Origin: Escherichia coli
GTDB lineage: Bacteria; Pseudomonadota; Gammaproteobacteria; Enterobacterales; Enterobacteriaceae
Assembly: GCF_003019035.1 (NCBI RefSeq)
Contig: NZ_CP027447.1
DNA: 64,000 nt
Reading direction: 5' to 3' (one strand)
Shown here piece by piece: positions 10,694-20,091 of this stretch. Numbering within the stretch: position 1 is the first letter of the stretch; every line of letters begins with the position of its first letter. The notes under the pieces were generated by a model. The model was not told the origin of the DNA and did no database searches. It was given only the letters and a program-made list of their open reading frames with translations. The translations under genes were made by a program, and so were the position numbers.

Positions 10694-11302
10694 TCAAGCC
10701 TTTGGCGGTTCGGTGCGAGCAAAACTTTCGCGGCTAAAGAGGTTTTCGACCAGTTTGACTAAGTGTGGGCGGTCGACACACCAGCCTGGCGCAACGCGGC
10801 GGAAATTGAGATATCCAACGGCACAGGCAATGGCGATAGTCGCCAGATTGACCGTATCGGTTTTGAGCGTGCCATCGACCAGATATCCTTCCAGCACATC
10901 CAGACTGCGGTTGATTTTCTCCCGCTGGCGTAACAATTCATCTTCAGACTGCTGCGCCGCCGGACGCGCCTGTTCACGCACCGATACCAGCCCGGCATCC
11001 ATAATGCCATCCGCCAGCGCCTCAATTTTGCGCACCCGCAACGACTCCAGCGGATCACGCGGCAACATCGCCGGAGCAACATTCATTAATTCAATATATT
11101 CGGCGATGATCGGCGAATCAAACCAGCATTCGCCCTCTTCGGTCACCAGCACCGGCACTTTTCCTAACGGGTTAAATTGCGCCACGCCGTTATCCGCGTT
11201 ATAGGGCAGTTCATTAATAAATTCGAAAGTTATGCCCTTTTCTAACAACAGAATAGAAAGTTTGCGTACAAACGGGCTGGTGTAGCTACCGACGAGTTTC
11301 AT
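10694..11302 (-). CDS. yibF: Glutathione S-transferase-like protein YibF
   Basis: 202 aa, [24 protein letters not shown].... It has a GST N-terminal thioredoxin-like motif. Its position between selA and rhs matches K-12. Confidence 0.9.
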
Positions 11303-11530
11303 GCCGAGTCCTTTGTGCGAGGAAAAATATCAGTATGGCCTGGTGATGGGAAAAAGGGCAGAAAATGTTGATGGTTTGTTACTTCCCAATAAATCACATA
11401 TTTATCATGGTGATATAAATATTTTCCTAATTGTTCTTATCTGACAGATATCTCACTTAAGGCTTTCTTATAAATCTGTAGGGTTTCGCCTGTCAGCAGA
11501 CAAATAACCCGATAAAACAAGGATGAGCAG

Positions 11531-14500
11531 ATGAGCGGAAAACCGGCGGCGCGTCAGGGCGACATGACGCAGTATGGCGGTAGCATTGTTCAGGGTTCTG
11601 CCGGGGTGCGTATTGGTGCCCCCACCGGTGTGGCCTGTTCGGTGTGCCCCGGCGGGGTGACGTCCGGCCATCCGGTCAATCCGCTGCTGGGTGCAAAGGT
11701 CCTTCCCGGCGAAACCGACCTTGCCCTGCCCGCCCCGCTGCCGTTCATTCTCTCCCGCACCTACAGCAGTTACCGGACAAAAACGCCCGCGCCGGTGGGG
11801 AGCCTCGGCCCCGGCTGGAAAATGCCTGCGGATATCCGCTTACAGCTGCGCGATAACACTCTGATACTCAGTGATAACGGCGGCAGAAGCCTGTATTTTG
11901 AGCACCTGTTTCCCGGTGAGGACGGTTACAGCCGCAGCGAGTCACTCTGGCTGGTGCGCGGCGGCGTGGCGAAACTGGATGAAGGTCACCGGCTGGCCGC
12001 ACTCTGGCAGGCGCTGCCGGAAGAGCTTCGCCTGAGTCCGCATCGTTATCTGGCGACGAACAGTCCACAGGGGCCGTGGTGGGTACTCGGCTGGTGTGAG
12101 CGGGTGCCGGAGGCGGAGAAGGCCACTTCCGGCGGGACGGAACCGTCCGCTTTTCCTGATACCCTGCCGGGTTACACCGAATATGGCCGGGACAACGGCA
12201 TCCGTCTGTCTGCCGTGTGGCTGACGCACGACCCGGAATACCCGGAGAATTTACCTGCCGCGCCGCTGGTGCGCTATGGCTGGACGCCACGCGGCGAACT
12301 GGCGGTGGTGTATGACCGCAGCAATACACAGGTGCGCAGCTTTACTTACGATGATAAATACCGGGGCCGGATGGTGGCGCACCGCCGCGCGGGCCGGCCG
12401 GAAATCCGTTACCGTTACGACAGCGACGGGCGGGTGACAGAACAGCTAAACCCGGCAGGCTTAAGCTACACGTATCAGTATGAGAAAGACCGCATCACCA
12501 TCACCGACAGCCTGGACCGCCGTGAAGTGCTGCACACGCAGGGCGAAGGCGGGCTGAAGCGGGTGGTGAAAAAGGAACACGCGGACGGCAGCGTCACGCA
12601 GAGTCAGTTTGACGCGGTGGGCAGGCTTAAGGCACAGACGGATGCCGCAGGCCGGACGACTGAGTACAGCCCGGATGTGGTGACGGGACTCATCACGCGC
12701 ATCACCACGCCGGATGGCAGGGCATCGGCGTTTTACTATAACCACCACAACCAGTTAACGTCAGCCACCTGGCCTGACGGGCTGGAAATACGCCGGGAAT
12801 ATGATGAATCCGGCCGTCTGATTCAGGAAACCGCACACAACGGCGATATCACCCGCTACCGTTATGATAATCCACACAGTGACTTCCCCTGCGCAACGGA
12901 CGATGCCACCGGCAGCCGGAAAACCATGACGTGGAGCCGTTACGGTCAGTTGCTGACCGTCACTGACTGTTCCGGTTATGTAACCCGTTATGACCATGAC
13001 CGCTTCGGGCAGATGACGGCGGTGCACCGCGAGGAAGGCCTGAGCCAGTACCGCGCATACGACAGCCGTGGACAGTTAATTGCGGTGAAAGACACGCAGG
13101 GCCATGAAACGCGGTATGAATACAACGCCGCCGGTGACCTGACCGCCGTCATTGCCCCGGACGGCAGCAGAAACGGGACACAGTACGATGCGTGGGGAAA
13201 GGCCGTCCGTACCACGCAGGGCGGGCTGACCCGCAGTATGGAATACGATGCTGCAGGACGGGTCATCCGCCTGACAAACGAAAATGGCAGCCACACCACC
13301 TTCCGTTACGATGTACTCGACCGGCTGATACAGGAAACCGGCTTTGACGGCCGCGCACAGCGTTATCACCACGACCTGACCGGCAAACTTATCCGCAGCG
13401 AGGATGAGGGGCTGGTCACCCACTGGCACTATGACGAAGCAGACCGCCTCACGCAGCGCACCGTGAATGGCGAAACCGCAGAGCGGTGGCAGTATGACGA
13501 ACGCGGCTGGCTGACAGGCATCAGCCATCTCAGCGAAGGGCACCGGGTGACGGTGCATTACAGGTATGATGAGAAAGGCCGCCTGACCGGTGAGCGCCAG
13601 ACGGTGCATCACCCGCAGACGGAAGCACTGCTCTGGCAGCATGAAACCAGACATGCGTACAACGCGCAGGGGCTGGCGAACCGCTGTATACCGGACAGCC
13701 TGCCCGCCGTGGAATGGCTGACTTATGGCAGTGGTTACCTGGCAGGGATGAAGCTGGGTGACTCGCCCCTGGTGGAGTACACCCGCGACCGCCTGCACCG
13801 GGAAACGCTGCGCAGCTTCGGCCGTTATGAACTCACCACCGCTTATACCCCTGCCGGGCAGTTACAGAGCCAGCACCTGAACAGCCTGCAGTATGACCGC
13901 GATTACACCTGGAACGACAACGGCGAACTCATTCGCATCAGCAGCCCGCGCCAGACCCGGAGTTACAGCTACAGCGACTCCGGCAGGCTGACCGGCGTTC
14001 ACACCACCGCAGCGAACCTGGATATCCGCATCCCGTATGCCACGGACCCGGCAGGTAACCGCCTGCCCGACCCGGAGCTGCACCCGGACAGCACCCTCAG
14101 CATGTGGCCGGATAACCGTATCGCCCGTGACGCGCACTATCTTTACCGGTATGACCGTCACGGCAGGCTGACGGAGAAAACCGACCTCATCCCGGAAGGG
14201 GTTATCCGCACGGATGATGAGCGGACTCACCGGTACCATTACGACAGCCGGCACCGGCTGGTGCACTACACGCGGACACAATATGCAGAGCCGCTGGTCG
14301 AAAGTCGCTATCTTTACGACCCGCTGGGCCGCAGGGTGGCAAAACGGGTATGGCGACGTGAACGGGACCTGACGGGCTGGATGTCGCTGTCACGGAAACC
14401 GGAAGTGACCTGGTACGGCTGGGACGGCGACCGGCTGACCACGATACAGAACGACAGAACCCGCATCCAGACGATTTATCAGCCGGGGAGCTTCACGCCA

Positions 14501-15571
14501 CTCATCAGGGTCGAAACCGCCACCGGTGAGCTGGCGAAAACGCAGCGCCGCAGCCTGGCGGATGCGCTTCAGCAGTCCGGCGGCGAAGACGGTGGTGATG
14601 TGGTGTTCCCGCCGGTGCTGGTGCAGATGCTCGACCGGCTGGAAAGTGAAATCCTGGCTGACCGGGTGAGTGAGGAAAGCCGCCGCTGGCTGGCATCGTG
14701 CGACCTGACGGTGGCGCAGATGCAAAACCAGATGGAACCGGTGTACACGCCGGCGCGAAAAATTCACCTGTACCACTGCGACCATCGCGGCCTGCCGCTG
14801 GCGCTTGTCAGCACGGAAGGGGCAACAGCGTGGTACGCAGAATACGATGAATGGGGCAACCTGCTGAATGAAGAGAACCCGCACCAGCTGCAGCAGCTCA
14901 TCCGCCTGCCGGGTCAGCAGTATGATGAGGAGTCCGGCCTGTATTACAACCGCCACCGCTATTATGACCCGCTGCAGGGGCGGTATATCACTCAGGATCC
15001 GATTGGGCTGAAGGGGGGATGGAACCTGTATGGATATCAATTGAATCCGATATCAGACATCGACCCCCTGGGTTTATCTATGTGGGAGGATGCAAAATCG
15101 GGGGCATGTACTAATGGTCTTTGCGGCACACTATCCGCTATGATAGGTCCAGATAAGTTTGATTCTATAGATAGCACCGCATATGACGCCTTAAATAAAA
15201 TAAATAGCCAATCTATTTGCGAAGATAAAGAGTTCGCTGGTTTAATATGTAAGGATAATAGTGGCAGATATTTCTCAACAGCACCTAACCGAGGGGAAAG
15301 AAAAGGATCATATCCATTCAATAGCCCTTGCCCTAATGGTACTGAGAAAGTATCAGCTTATCATACTCATGGTGCAGATAGTCATGGAGAATATTGGGAC
15401 GAAATATTTTCAGGCAAAGATGAGAAAATAGTTAAAAGTAAAGATAACAATATCAAGTCATTTTATTTGGGCACGCCCAGTGGTAATTTTAAAGCAATAG
15501 ATAACCACGGGAAGGAAATAACAAACGGAAAAGGATTACCTAATGTCTGCAGAGTTCATGGTAATATGTAA
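11531..15571 (+). CDS. rhsA: Full-length Rhs polymorphic toxin at the rhsA locus: PAAR-like N-terminus, YD-repeat shell, DPLGL boundary, AT-rich C-terminal tip
   Basis: 1346 aa. The N-terminal [17 protein letters not shown]...GVRIG is PAAR-like. There are many YD repeats (YRYD, YEYN, YDAAGR...). The core ends [10 protein letters not shown] (DPLGL at 15062..15076). The tip from 15077..15571 shows an abrupt drop in GC. The yibF-rhs-yibA synteny defines the locus. Confidence 0.9.
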   Translation: MSGKPAARQGDMTQYGGSIVQGSAGVRIGAPTGVACSVCPGGVTSGHPVNPLLGAKVLPGETDLALPAPLPFILSRTYSSYRTKTPAPVGSLGPGWKMPADIRLQLRDNTLILSDNGGRSLYFEHLFPGEDGYSRSESLWLVRGGVAKLDEGHRLAALWQALPEELRLSPHRYLATNSPQGPWWVLGWCERVPEAEKATSGGTEPSAFPDTLPGYTEYGRDNGIRLSAVWLTHDPEYPENLPAAPLVRYGWTPRGELAVVYDRSNTQVRSFTYDDKYRGRMVAHRRAGRPEIRYRYDSDGRVTEQLNPAGLSYTYQYEKDRITITDSLDRREVLHTQGEGGLKRVVKKEHADGSVTQSQFDAVGRLKAQTDAAGRTTEYSPDVVTGLITRITTPDGRASAFYYNHHNQLTSATWPDGLEIRREYDESGRLIQETAHNGDITRYRYDNPHSDFPCATDDATGSRKTMTWSRYGQLLTVTDCSGYVTRYDHDRFGQMTAVHREEGLSQYRAYDSRGQLIAVKDTQGHETRYEYNAAGDLTAVIAPDGSRNGTQYDAWGKAVRTTQGGLTRSMEYDAAGRVIRLTNENGSHTTFRYDVLDRLIQETGFDGRAQRYHHDLTGKLIRSEDEGLVTHWHYDEADRLTQRTVNGETAERWQYDERGWLTGISHLSEGHRVTVHYRYDEKGRLTGERQTVHHPQTEALLWQHETRHAYNAQGLANRCIPDSLPAVEWLTYGSGYLAGMKLGDSPLVEYTRDRLHRETLRSFGRYELTTAYTPAGQLQSQHLNSLQYDRDYTWNDNGELIRISSPRQTRSYSYSDSGRLTGVHTTAANLDIRIPYATDPAGNRLPDPELHPDSTLSMWPDNRIARDAHYLYRYDRHGRLTEKTDLIPEGVIRTDDERTHRYHYDSRHRLVHYTRTQYAEPLVESRYLYDPLGRRVAKRVWRRERDLTGWMSLSRKPEVTWYGWDGDRLTTIQNDRTRIQTIYQPGSFTPLIRVETATGELAKTQRRSLADALQQSGGEDGGDVVFPPVLVQMLDRLESEILADRVSEESRRWLASCDLTVAQMQNQMEPVYTPARKIHLYHCDHRGLPLALVSTEGATAWYAEYDEWGNLLNEENPHQLQQLIRLPGQQYDEESGLYYNRHRYYDPLQGRYITQDPIGLKGGWNLYGYQLNPISDIDPLGLSMWEDAKSGACTNGLCGTLSAMIGPDKFDSIDSTAYDALNKINSQSICEDKEFAGLICKDNSGRYFSTAPNRGERKGSYPFNSPCPNGTEKVSAYHTHGADSHGEYWDEIFSGKDEKIVKSKDNNIKSFYLGTPSGNFKAIDNHGKEITNGKGLPNVCRVHGNM

Positions 15572-15926
15572 AAAAATATTGTTTAGGAACTGTGTCATTG
15601 TATCTTTGTTTGTTTTTACATACAACACATGGGCGCAGTGTAATAATAATATTAAAATAATGCGCAAGTATGAAAGTGAGGGTAAATATACCGTTAGAAA
15701 TTTGGTTAAAAATAAAGCTATAGCATTGGAATTAGCTGAGATATATGTTAAGAATCGTTATGGGCAGGATGCCGCAGAAGAAGAAAAACCATATAAAATC
15801 ACTGAGTTAACAACAAGTTGGGTTGTTGAAGGCACCATTCACTCAGACCAAATTGCTGGTGGGGTTTTTATTATAGAAATAGGCAAAAATGATGGGGGAA
15901 TTCTGAATTTTGGCCACGGAAAATAA
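15543..15926 (+). CDS. Rhs immunity protein candidate, YbbC-like (NTF2-fold immunity family)
   Basis: It lies immediately downstream of, and overlaps, the rhs tip. [33 protein letters not shown]...[22 protein letters not shown] closely resembles my recollection of K-12 YbbC (the rhsD-locus immunity). The N-terminus is hydrophobic. The real start may be the Met at 15558. Confidence 0.7.
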   Translation: MSAEFMVICKKILFRNCVIVSLFVFTYNTWAQCNNNIKIMRKYESEGKYTVRNLVKNKAIALELAEIYVKNRYGQDAAEEEKPYKITELTTSWVVEGTIHSDQIAGGVFIIEIGKNDGGILNFGHGK

Positions 15927-16030
15927 GTATGTAAGGATAATCAAACATCGTGTGCGCTGATGGCAGAGTAGGTGGAGGACTCCAGACAGTCAAACGATAA
16001 AAAAAGATAGCCTTTATGGAGGTTCCTGCA

Positions 16031-16873
16031 ATGTCAAATACATACCAGAAAAGAAAGGCAAGTAAAGAGTATGGTTTATATAATCAATGTAAGAAACTAA
16101 ATGATGATGAATTATTTCGCTTACTTGATGATCACAATTCCTTGAAAAGGATTTCATCTGCCAGAGTATTACAGTTAAGAGGTGGGCAAGACGCTGTTAG
16201 ATTGGTAATTGAGTTCTGCTCTGATAAAAATTATATCCGTAGAGATATCGGAGCATTTATACTCGGGCAAATAAAAATTTTCAAAAAATGCGAAGATAAT
16301 GTGTTTAATATTTTGAACAATATGGCATTGAATGATAAGAGCGCTTGCGTTCGAGCTACGGCAATCGAGTCAACGGCTCAGCGATGCAAGAAAAACCCAA
16401 TTTATTCACCTAAAATAGTAGAACAATCTCAAATTACTGCTTTTGATAAATCGACTAATGTCAGACGTGCTACAGCATTTGCTATTTCTGTTATCAATGA
16501 TAAAGCAACAATTCCACTATTGATTAATCTGTTAAAAGATCCAAATGGAGATGTCAGAAACTGGGCCGCATTTGCAATAAATATCAATAAATATGATAAT
16601 AGTGATATTAGGGATTGTTTTGTGGAGATGCTTCAGGATAAAAATGAGGAAGTCCGTATTGAAGCAATAATCGGACTTTCCTACAGAAAAGATAAAAGGG
16701 TTTTATCTGTTTTATGCGATGAGTTAAAAAAAAATACTGTTTATGATGATATCATTGAAGCTGCGGGTGAATTAGGTGATAAAACGCTACTTCCTGTTTT
16801 AGATACTATGTTGTACAAGTTTGATGACAATGAAATTATAACTTCCGCTATTGATAAGCTGAAGCGTTCATAG
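16031..16873 (+). CDS. yibA: HEAT-repeat protein YibA
   Basis: 280 aa from MSNTYQKRKASKEYGLYNQCKKLNDDELFRLLDDHNS.... It has repeated DxxVR HEAT-like units (NVRRATAFA, DVRNWAAFA, EVRIEAIIG) and matches K-12 YibA as I remember it. Confidence 0.9.
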   Translation: MSNTYQKRKASKEYGLYNQCKKLNDDELFRLLDDHNSLKRISSARVLQLRGGQDAVRLVIEFCSDKNYIRRDIGAFILGQIKIFKKCEDNVFNILNNMALNDKSACVRATAIESTAQRCKKNPIYSPKIVEQSQITAFDKSTNVRRATAFAISVINDKATIPLLINLLKDPNGDVRNWAAFAININKYDNSDIRDCFVEMLQDKNEEVRIEAIIGLSYRKDKRVLSVLCDELKKNTVYDDIIEAAGELGDKTLLPVLDTMLYKFDDNEIITSAIDKLKRS

Positions 16874-16900
16874 CGTGAGTTGCCTATGCACAGTGGGGTA

Positions 16901-17040
16901 TTCCCGCCGGCACGGTGCAGATGCTCGATCGGCTGGAAAGTGAAATCCTGGCTGACCGGGTGAGTGAGGAAAGCCGCCGCTGGCTGGCATCGTGCGGCCT
17001 GACGGTGGCGCAGATGAAAAAACAGATGGAACCGGTGTAC
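16901..17040 (+). pseudogene. 5' remnant of an orphan rhs core fragment, truncated by IS insertion
   Basis: Nearly identical to 14606..14746 of the main rhs (...[42 protein letters not shown]). It has no start codon or upstream core and stops abruptly at the IS left end. Confidence 0.8.
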
Positions 17041-18332
17041 CAGGGAAAGATCACGTAACGCTGCTTTTTTGTACTAAACAATTCGCATTTTATGTTTAAA
17101 AATTGAGATATTCCTCATTACCTGAAGCTGTTTTTTATTGCTTATACATGATCAAATACTCCTTACATAATTAAGGAGAACAAAATGGTACTTAAAAAAT
17201 TGATGGAACATATTTCTATTATCCCCGATTACAGACAAGCCTGGAAAGTGGAACATAAATTATCGGATATTCTACTGTTGACTATTTGCGCCGTTATTTC
17301 GGGTGCAGAAGGTTGGGAAGATATAGAGGATTTTGGGGAAACACATCTCGATTTTTTGAAGCAATATGGTGATTTTGAAAATGGTATTCCTGTTCACGAT
17401 ACCATTGCCAGAGTTGTATCCTGTATCAGTCCTGCAAAATTTCACGAGTGCTTTATTAACTGGATGCGTGACTGCCATTCTTCAGATGATAAAGGCGTCA
17501 TTGCAATTGATGGAAAAACGCTCCGGCACTCTTATGACAAGAGTCGCCGCAGGGGAGCGATTCATGTCATTAGTGCGTTCTCAACAATGCACAGTCTGGT
17601 CATCGGACAGATCAAGACGGATGAGAAATCCAATGAGATTACAGCTATCCCGGAACTTCTTAACATGCTGGATATTAAAGGAAAAATCATCACAACTGAT
17701 GCGATGGGTTGCCAGAAAGATATTGCAGAGAAGATACAAAAACAGGGAGGTGATTATTTATTCGCTGTAAAAGGAAACCAGGGGCGGCTAAATAAAGCCT
17801 TCGAGGAAAAATTTCCGCTGAAAGAATTAAATAATCCAGAGCATGACAGTTACGCAATTAGTGAAAAGAGTCACGGCAGAGAAGAAATCCGTCTTCACAT
17901 TGTCTGCGATGTCCCTGATGAACTTATTGATTTCACGTTTGAATGGAAAGGTCTGAAGAAATTATGCGTGGCAGTCTCCTTTCGGTCAATAATAGCAGAA
18001 CAAAAGAAAGAGCCCGAAATGACGGTCAGATATTATATCAGTTCTGCTGATTTAACCGCAGAGAAGTTCGCCACAGCAATCCGAAACCACTGGCACGTGG
18101 AGAATAAGCTGCACTGGCGTCTGGACGTGGTAATGAATGAAGACGACTGCAAAATAAGAAGAGGAAATGCAGCAGAATTATTTTCAGGGATACGGCACAT
18201 CGCTATTAATATTTTGACGAATGATAAGGTATTCAAGGCAGGGTTAAGACGTAAGATGCGAAAAGCAGCCATGGACAGAAAGTATCTGGCGTCAGTCCTT
18301 GCGGGGAGCGGGCTTTCGTAATCTTTCCCTGC
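17041..18332 (+). mobile_element. ISAs1-family insertion sequence (Rhs-associated H-repeat element)
   Basis: Terminal inverted repeats are CAGGGAAAGATCACGTAA (left) and TTTCGTAATCTTTCCCTG (right). A single 378-aa transposase ORF is present. It is flanked by a direct duplication of ccggtgtac (17032..17040 and 18333..18341). Confidence 0.85.
17185..18321 (+). CDS. ISAs1-family DDE transposase (H repeat-associated protein, YhhI-like)
   Basis: 378 aa, [51 protein letters not shown].... This is the typical H-repeat-associated protein N-terminus and length. The [16 protein letters not shown] and [10 protein letters not shown] motifs are present. Confidence 0.9.
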   Translation: MVLKKLMEHISIIPDYRQAWKVEHKLSDILLLTICAVISGAEGWEDIEDFGETHLDFLKQYGDFENGIPVHDTIARVVSCISPAKFHECFINWMRDCHSSDDKGVIAIDGKTLRHSYDKSRRRGAIHVISAFSTMHSLVIGQIKTDEKSNEITAIPELLNMLDIKGKIITTDAMGCQKDIAEKIQKQGGDYLFAVKGNQGRLNKAFEEKFPLKELNNPEHDSYAISEKSHGREEIRLHIVCDVPDELIDFTFEWKGLKKLCVAVSFRSIIAEQKKEPEMTVRYYISSADLTAEKFATAIRNHWHVENKLHWRLDVVMNEDDCKIRRGNAAELFSGIRHIAINILTNDKVFKAGLRRKMRKAAMDRKYLASVLAGSGLS

Positions 18333-19109
18333 CCGGTGTACACGCCGGCGCGAAAAATCCACCTGTACCACTGCGACCATCGCGGCCTGCCGCTGGTGCT
18401 TATCAGCACGGAAGGGGCAACAGCGTGGTACGCAGAATATGATGAATGGGGCAACCTGCTGAATGAAGAGAACCCGCACCAGCTGCAGCAGCTCATCCGC
18501 CTGCCGGGTCAGCAGTATGATGAGGAGTCCGGCCTGTATTACAACCGCCACCGCTATTATGACCCGCTGCAGGGGCGGTATATCACTCAGGATCCAATTG
18601 GGCTGAAGGGGGGATGGAATTTTTATCAGTATCCGTTGAATCCGATAACTGATATTGACCCGTTGGGATTAGCGACCTGTTTATACAGCATAACTTTAGG
18701 TATGCTTTCATGCGTTTCAGATACGCCAAGTGATGATAATTCTTATGGTGTGCTTACTATTTCAGTCGCCTCTGATAATAATGGTAATAATATGCAATGT
18801 AAAAATAATCCTGGTTGTACACACTTACAAAATAGAGGCCCAATACCTCAAGGGGTATGGAGCTGGAATGTTAATGGTCCTGGAGCAACCAATAGAAAAC
18901 CTAATGGTATACGTTTAGTACCGTCAGCAAATACAGAAACGTATAATCGTGATGGATTTTTAACACATAGTTGTTTAAACGCTTTTGGTCCATCTTTAGG
19001 ACCTCGATTCTGTTCCGAGGGTTGTATAACTGGTTCATCTAATGACATGCAAAAATTAAATGAGCTAATATTTTCAGAGCCAGATAGCACATTAACAGTG
19101 ACGGACTAG
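18333..19109 (+). pseudogene. Orphan Rhs C-terminal module: core 3' fragment plus divergent toxin tip (Tlde1/YkuD-like motif pattern)
   Basis: 18342..about 18625 is nearly identical to 14747..about 15030 of the main rhs. DPLGL lies at 18657..18671. The AT-rich tip spans 18672..19109 and contains [11 protein letters not shown] and THS-x14-SEGCITG. There is no ribosome-binding context or ATG of its own; the ORF-track start is a GTG inside the core reading frame. Confidence 0.75.
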
Positions 19110-19113
19110 AAAT

Positions 19114-19635
19114 ATGGCAAGGTTATTAACAATTGTGCTTTTTTTCTCTATTTCTGCGAATGCAGTTACTGTAAACCAATTTCAGAGAGAGTTGGATTTG
19201 GCAGACAAGGCAATATTATGGGCACTAATATCAGCCAGTACCCAAGAGGGACGAAAAGCGTGTTCACTTAGCTATTTTTCATGTAAAGCCGCAGAGGCTG
19301 AACTCGGACTGGCATATATGGCTGCTAATGATAACAAGGCATTTCTCACATCCTTATCTAGAATAATGATGTACAAAATAGATGCTGGACTTTCCGAATC
19401 CTATACATGCTATTTATTAAGCAAGGGAAAGATCATAAGACCATATCTGAAGAATCTAAATCCACACCAACTTGTCGCTGATTGCATTGAAACTGTAAAT
19501 AAAATAAAAGATAAAAATAAAAAAATCATTGATATAGATTCAGTTAATATTTGCAATGATAATAAAAATATAAATTGGAGAGTTAATAGTACTATTGTAG
19601 CCATTGATGATTCTATAAAATGCATCGATGAATAA
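19114..19635 (+). CDS. Candidate immunity protein for the orphan tip, with Sec-type signal peptide
   Basis: It starts 4 nt after the orphan tip stop. It is 173 aa and AT-rich. The N-terminus MARLLTIVLFFSISANA|VTV has n/h/c regions and an AxA cleavage motif. I recognise no family. Confidence 0.65.
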   Translation: MARLLTIVLFFSISANAVTVNQFQRELDLADKAILWALISASTQEGRKACSLSYFSCKAAEAELGLAYMAANDNKAFLTSLSRIMMYKIDAGLSESYTCYLLSKGKIIRPYLKNLNPHQLVADCIETVNKIKDKNKKIIDIDSVNICNDNKNINWRVNSTIVAIDDSIKCIDE

Positions 19636-19796
19636 TAACTTAATTATATTTAAAAATATATTAATAACTCACTCTCCAGGAGTTTTTTTAACTTAGTGTT
19701 ATAATGAATACGATAATTAAAAGTGAAGAGAAAAATAGTTGTATACATATATTCCATGAACCTACATTGTGATCTATAAATTATATATTTTTAAAT

Positions 19797-20084
19797 GTGA
19801 CTGTCATCCTTCAGATAATAAAGCCATCATCGCAATAGATGGAAAAGCACTCCTGCTCTTTTTTGATTAGAGCCGTGGCAGAGGAACAACTCATATCATC
19901 ATTGCGATCTCGACAATGTATAGTCTGATCCTTCGGCAGATCAAGACGGATAAAAATCCAATGAGTTCACACTCATCCCGAACTTCTTAACATAATGGAT
20001 ATTAACGAAAAATCATCACAGCCGATGAAATAATATGCAAAAATAATTAGTCCTTGCAGGGAGCAAAGTTCCATAATCTCCCCC
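19797..20084 (+). mobile_element. Decayed, internally deleted ISAs1-family (H-repeat) remnant
   Basis: 19797..20027 aligns by eye with 17469..about 17707 of the intact IS, with many substitutions and frame disruptions. 20047..20084 aligns with the IS right end (ttagtccttgcagggagcaaagttccataatctcccc versus tcagtccttgcggggagcgggctttcgtaatctttccc). The middle part of the IS is missing. Confidence 0.7.
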
Positions 20085-20091
20085 GCCCCCC

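Noticed and set aside
12100-12180. Possible internal deletion in the Rhs core ([25 protein letters not shown] seems shorter than the corresponding K-12 RhsA segment as I remember it)
   Set aside because: This rests only on my recollection of the RhsA sequence. The core here is clearly a diverged subfamily, so length differences may be native. It needs a real alignment.
11868-15040. Series of minus-strand ORFs inside rhs (for example 13076..13798 at 240 aa and 14390..15040 at 216 aa)
   Set aside because: They lie antisense to a continuous, recognisable 1346-aa Rhs reading frame. Their translations are Arg/Pro/His/Val-rich and low in complexity, with no motifs. This is typical of shadow ORFs in GC-rich repeats.
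16884-17081. 65-aa minus-strand ORF after yibA
   Set aside because: It is antisense to the orphan rhs core remnant and runs into the IS left end, so it is an artefact of the GC-rich fragment.
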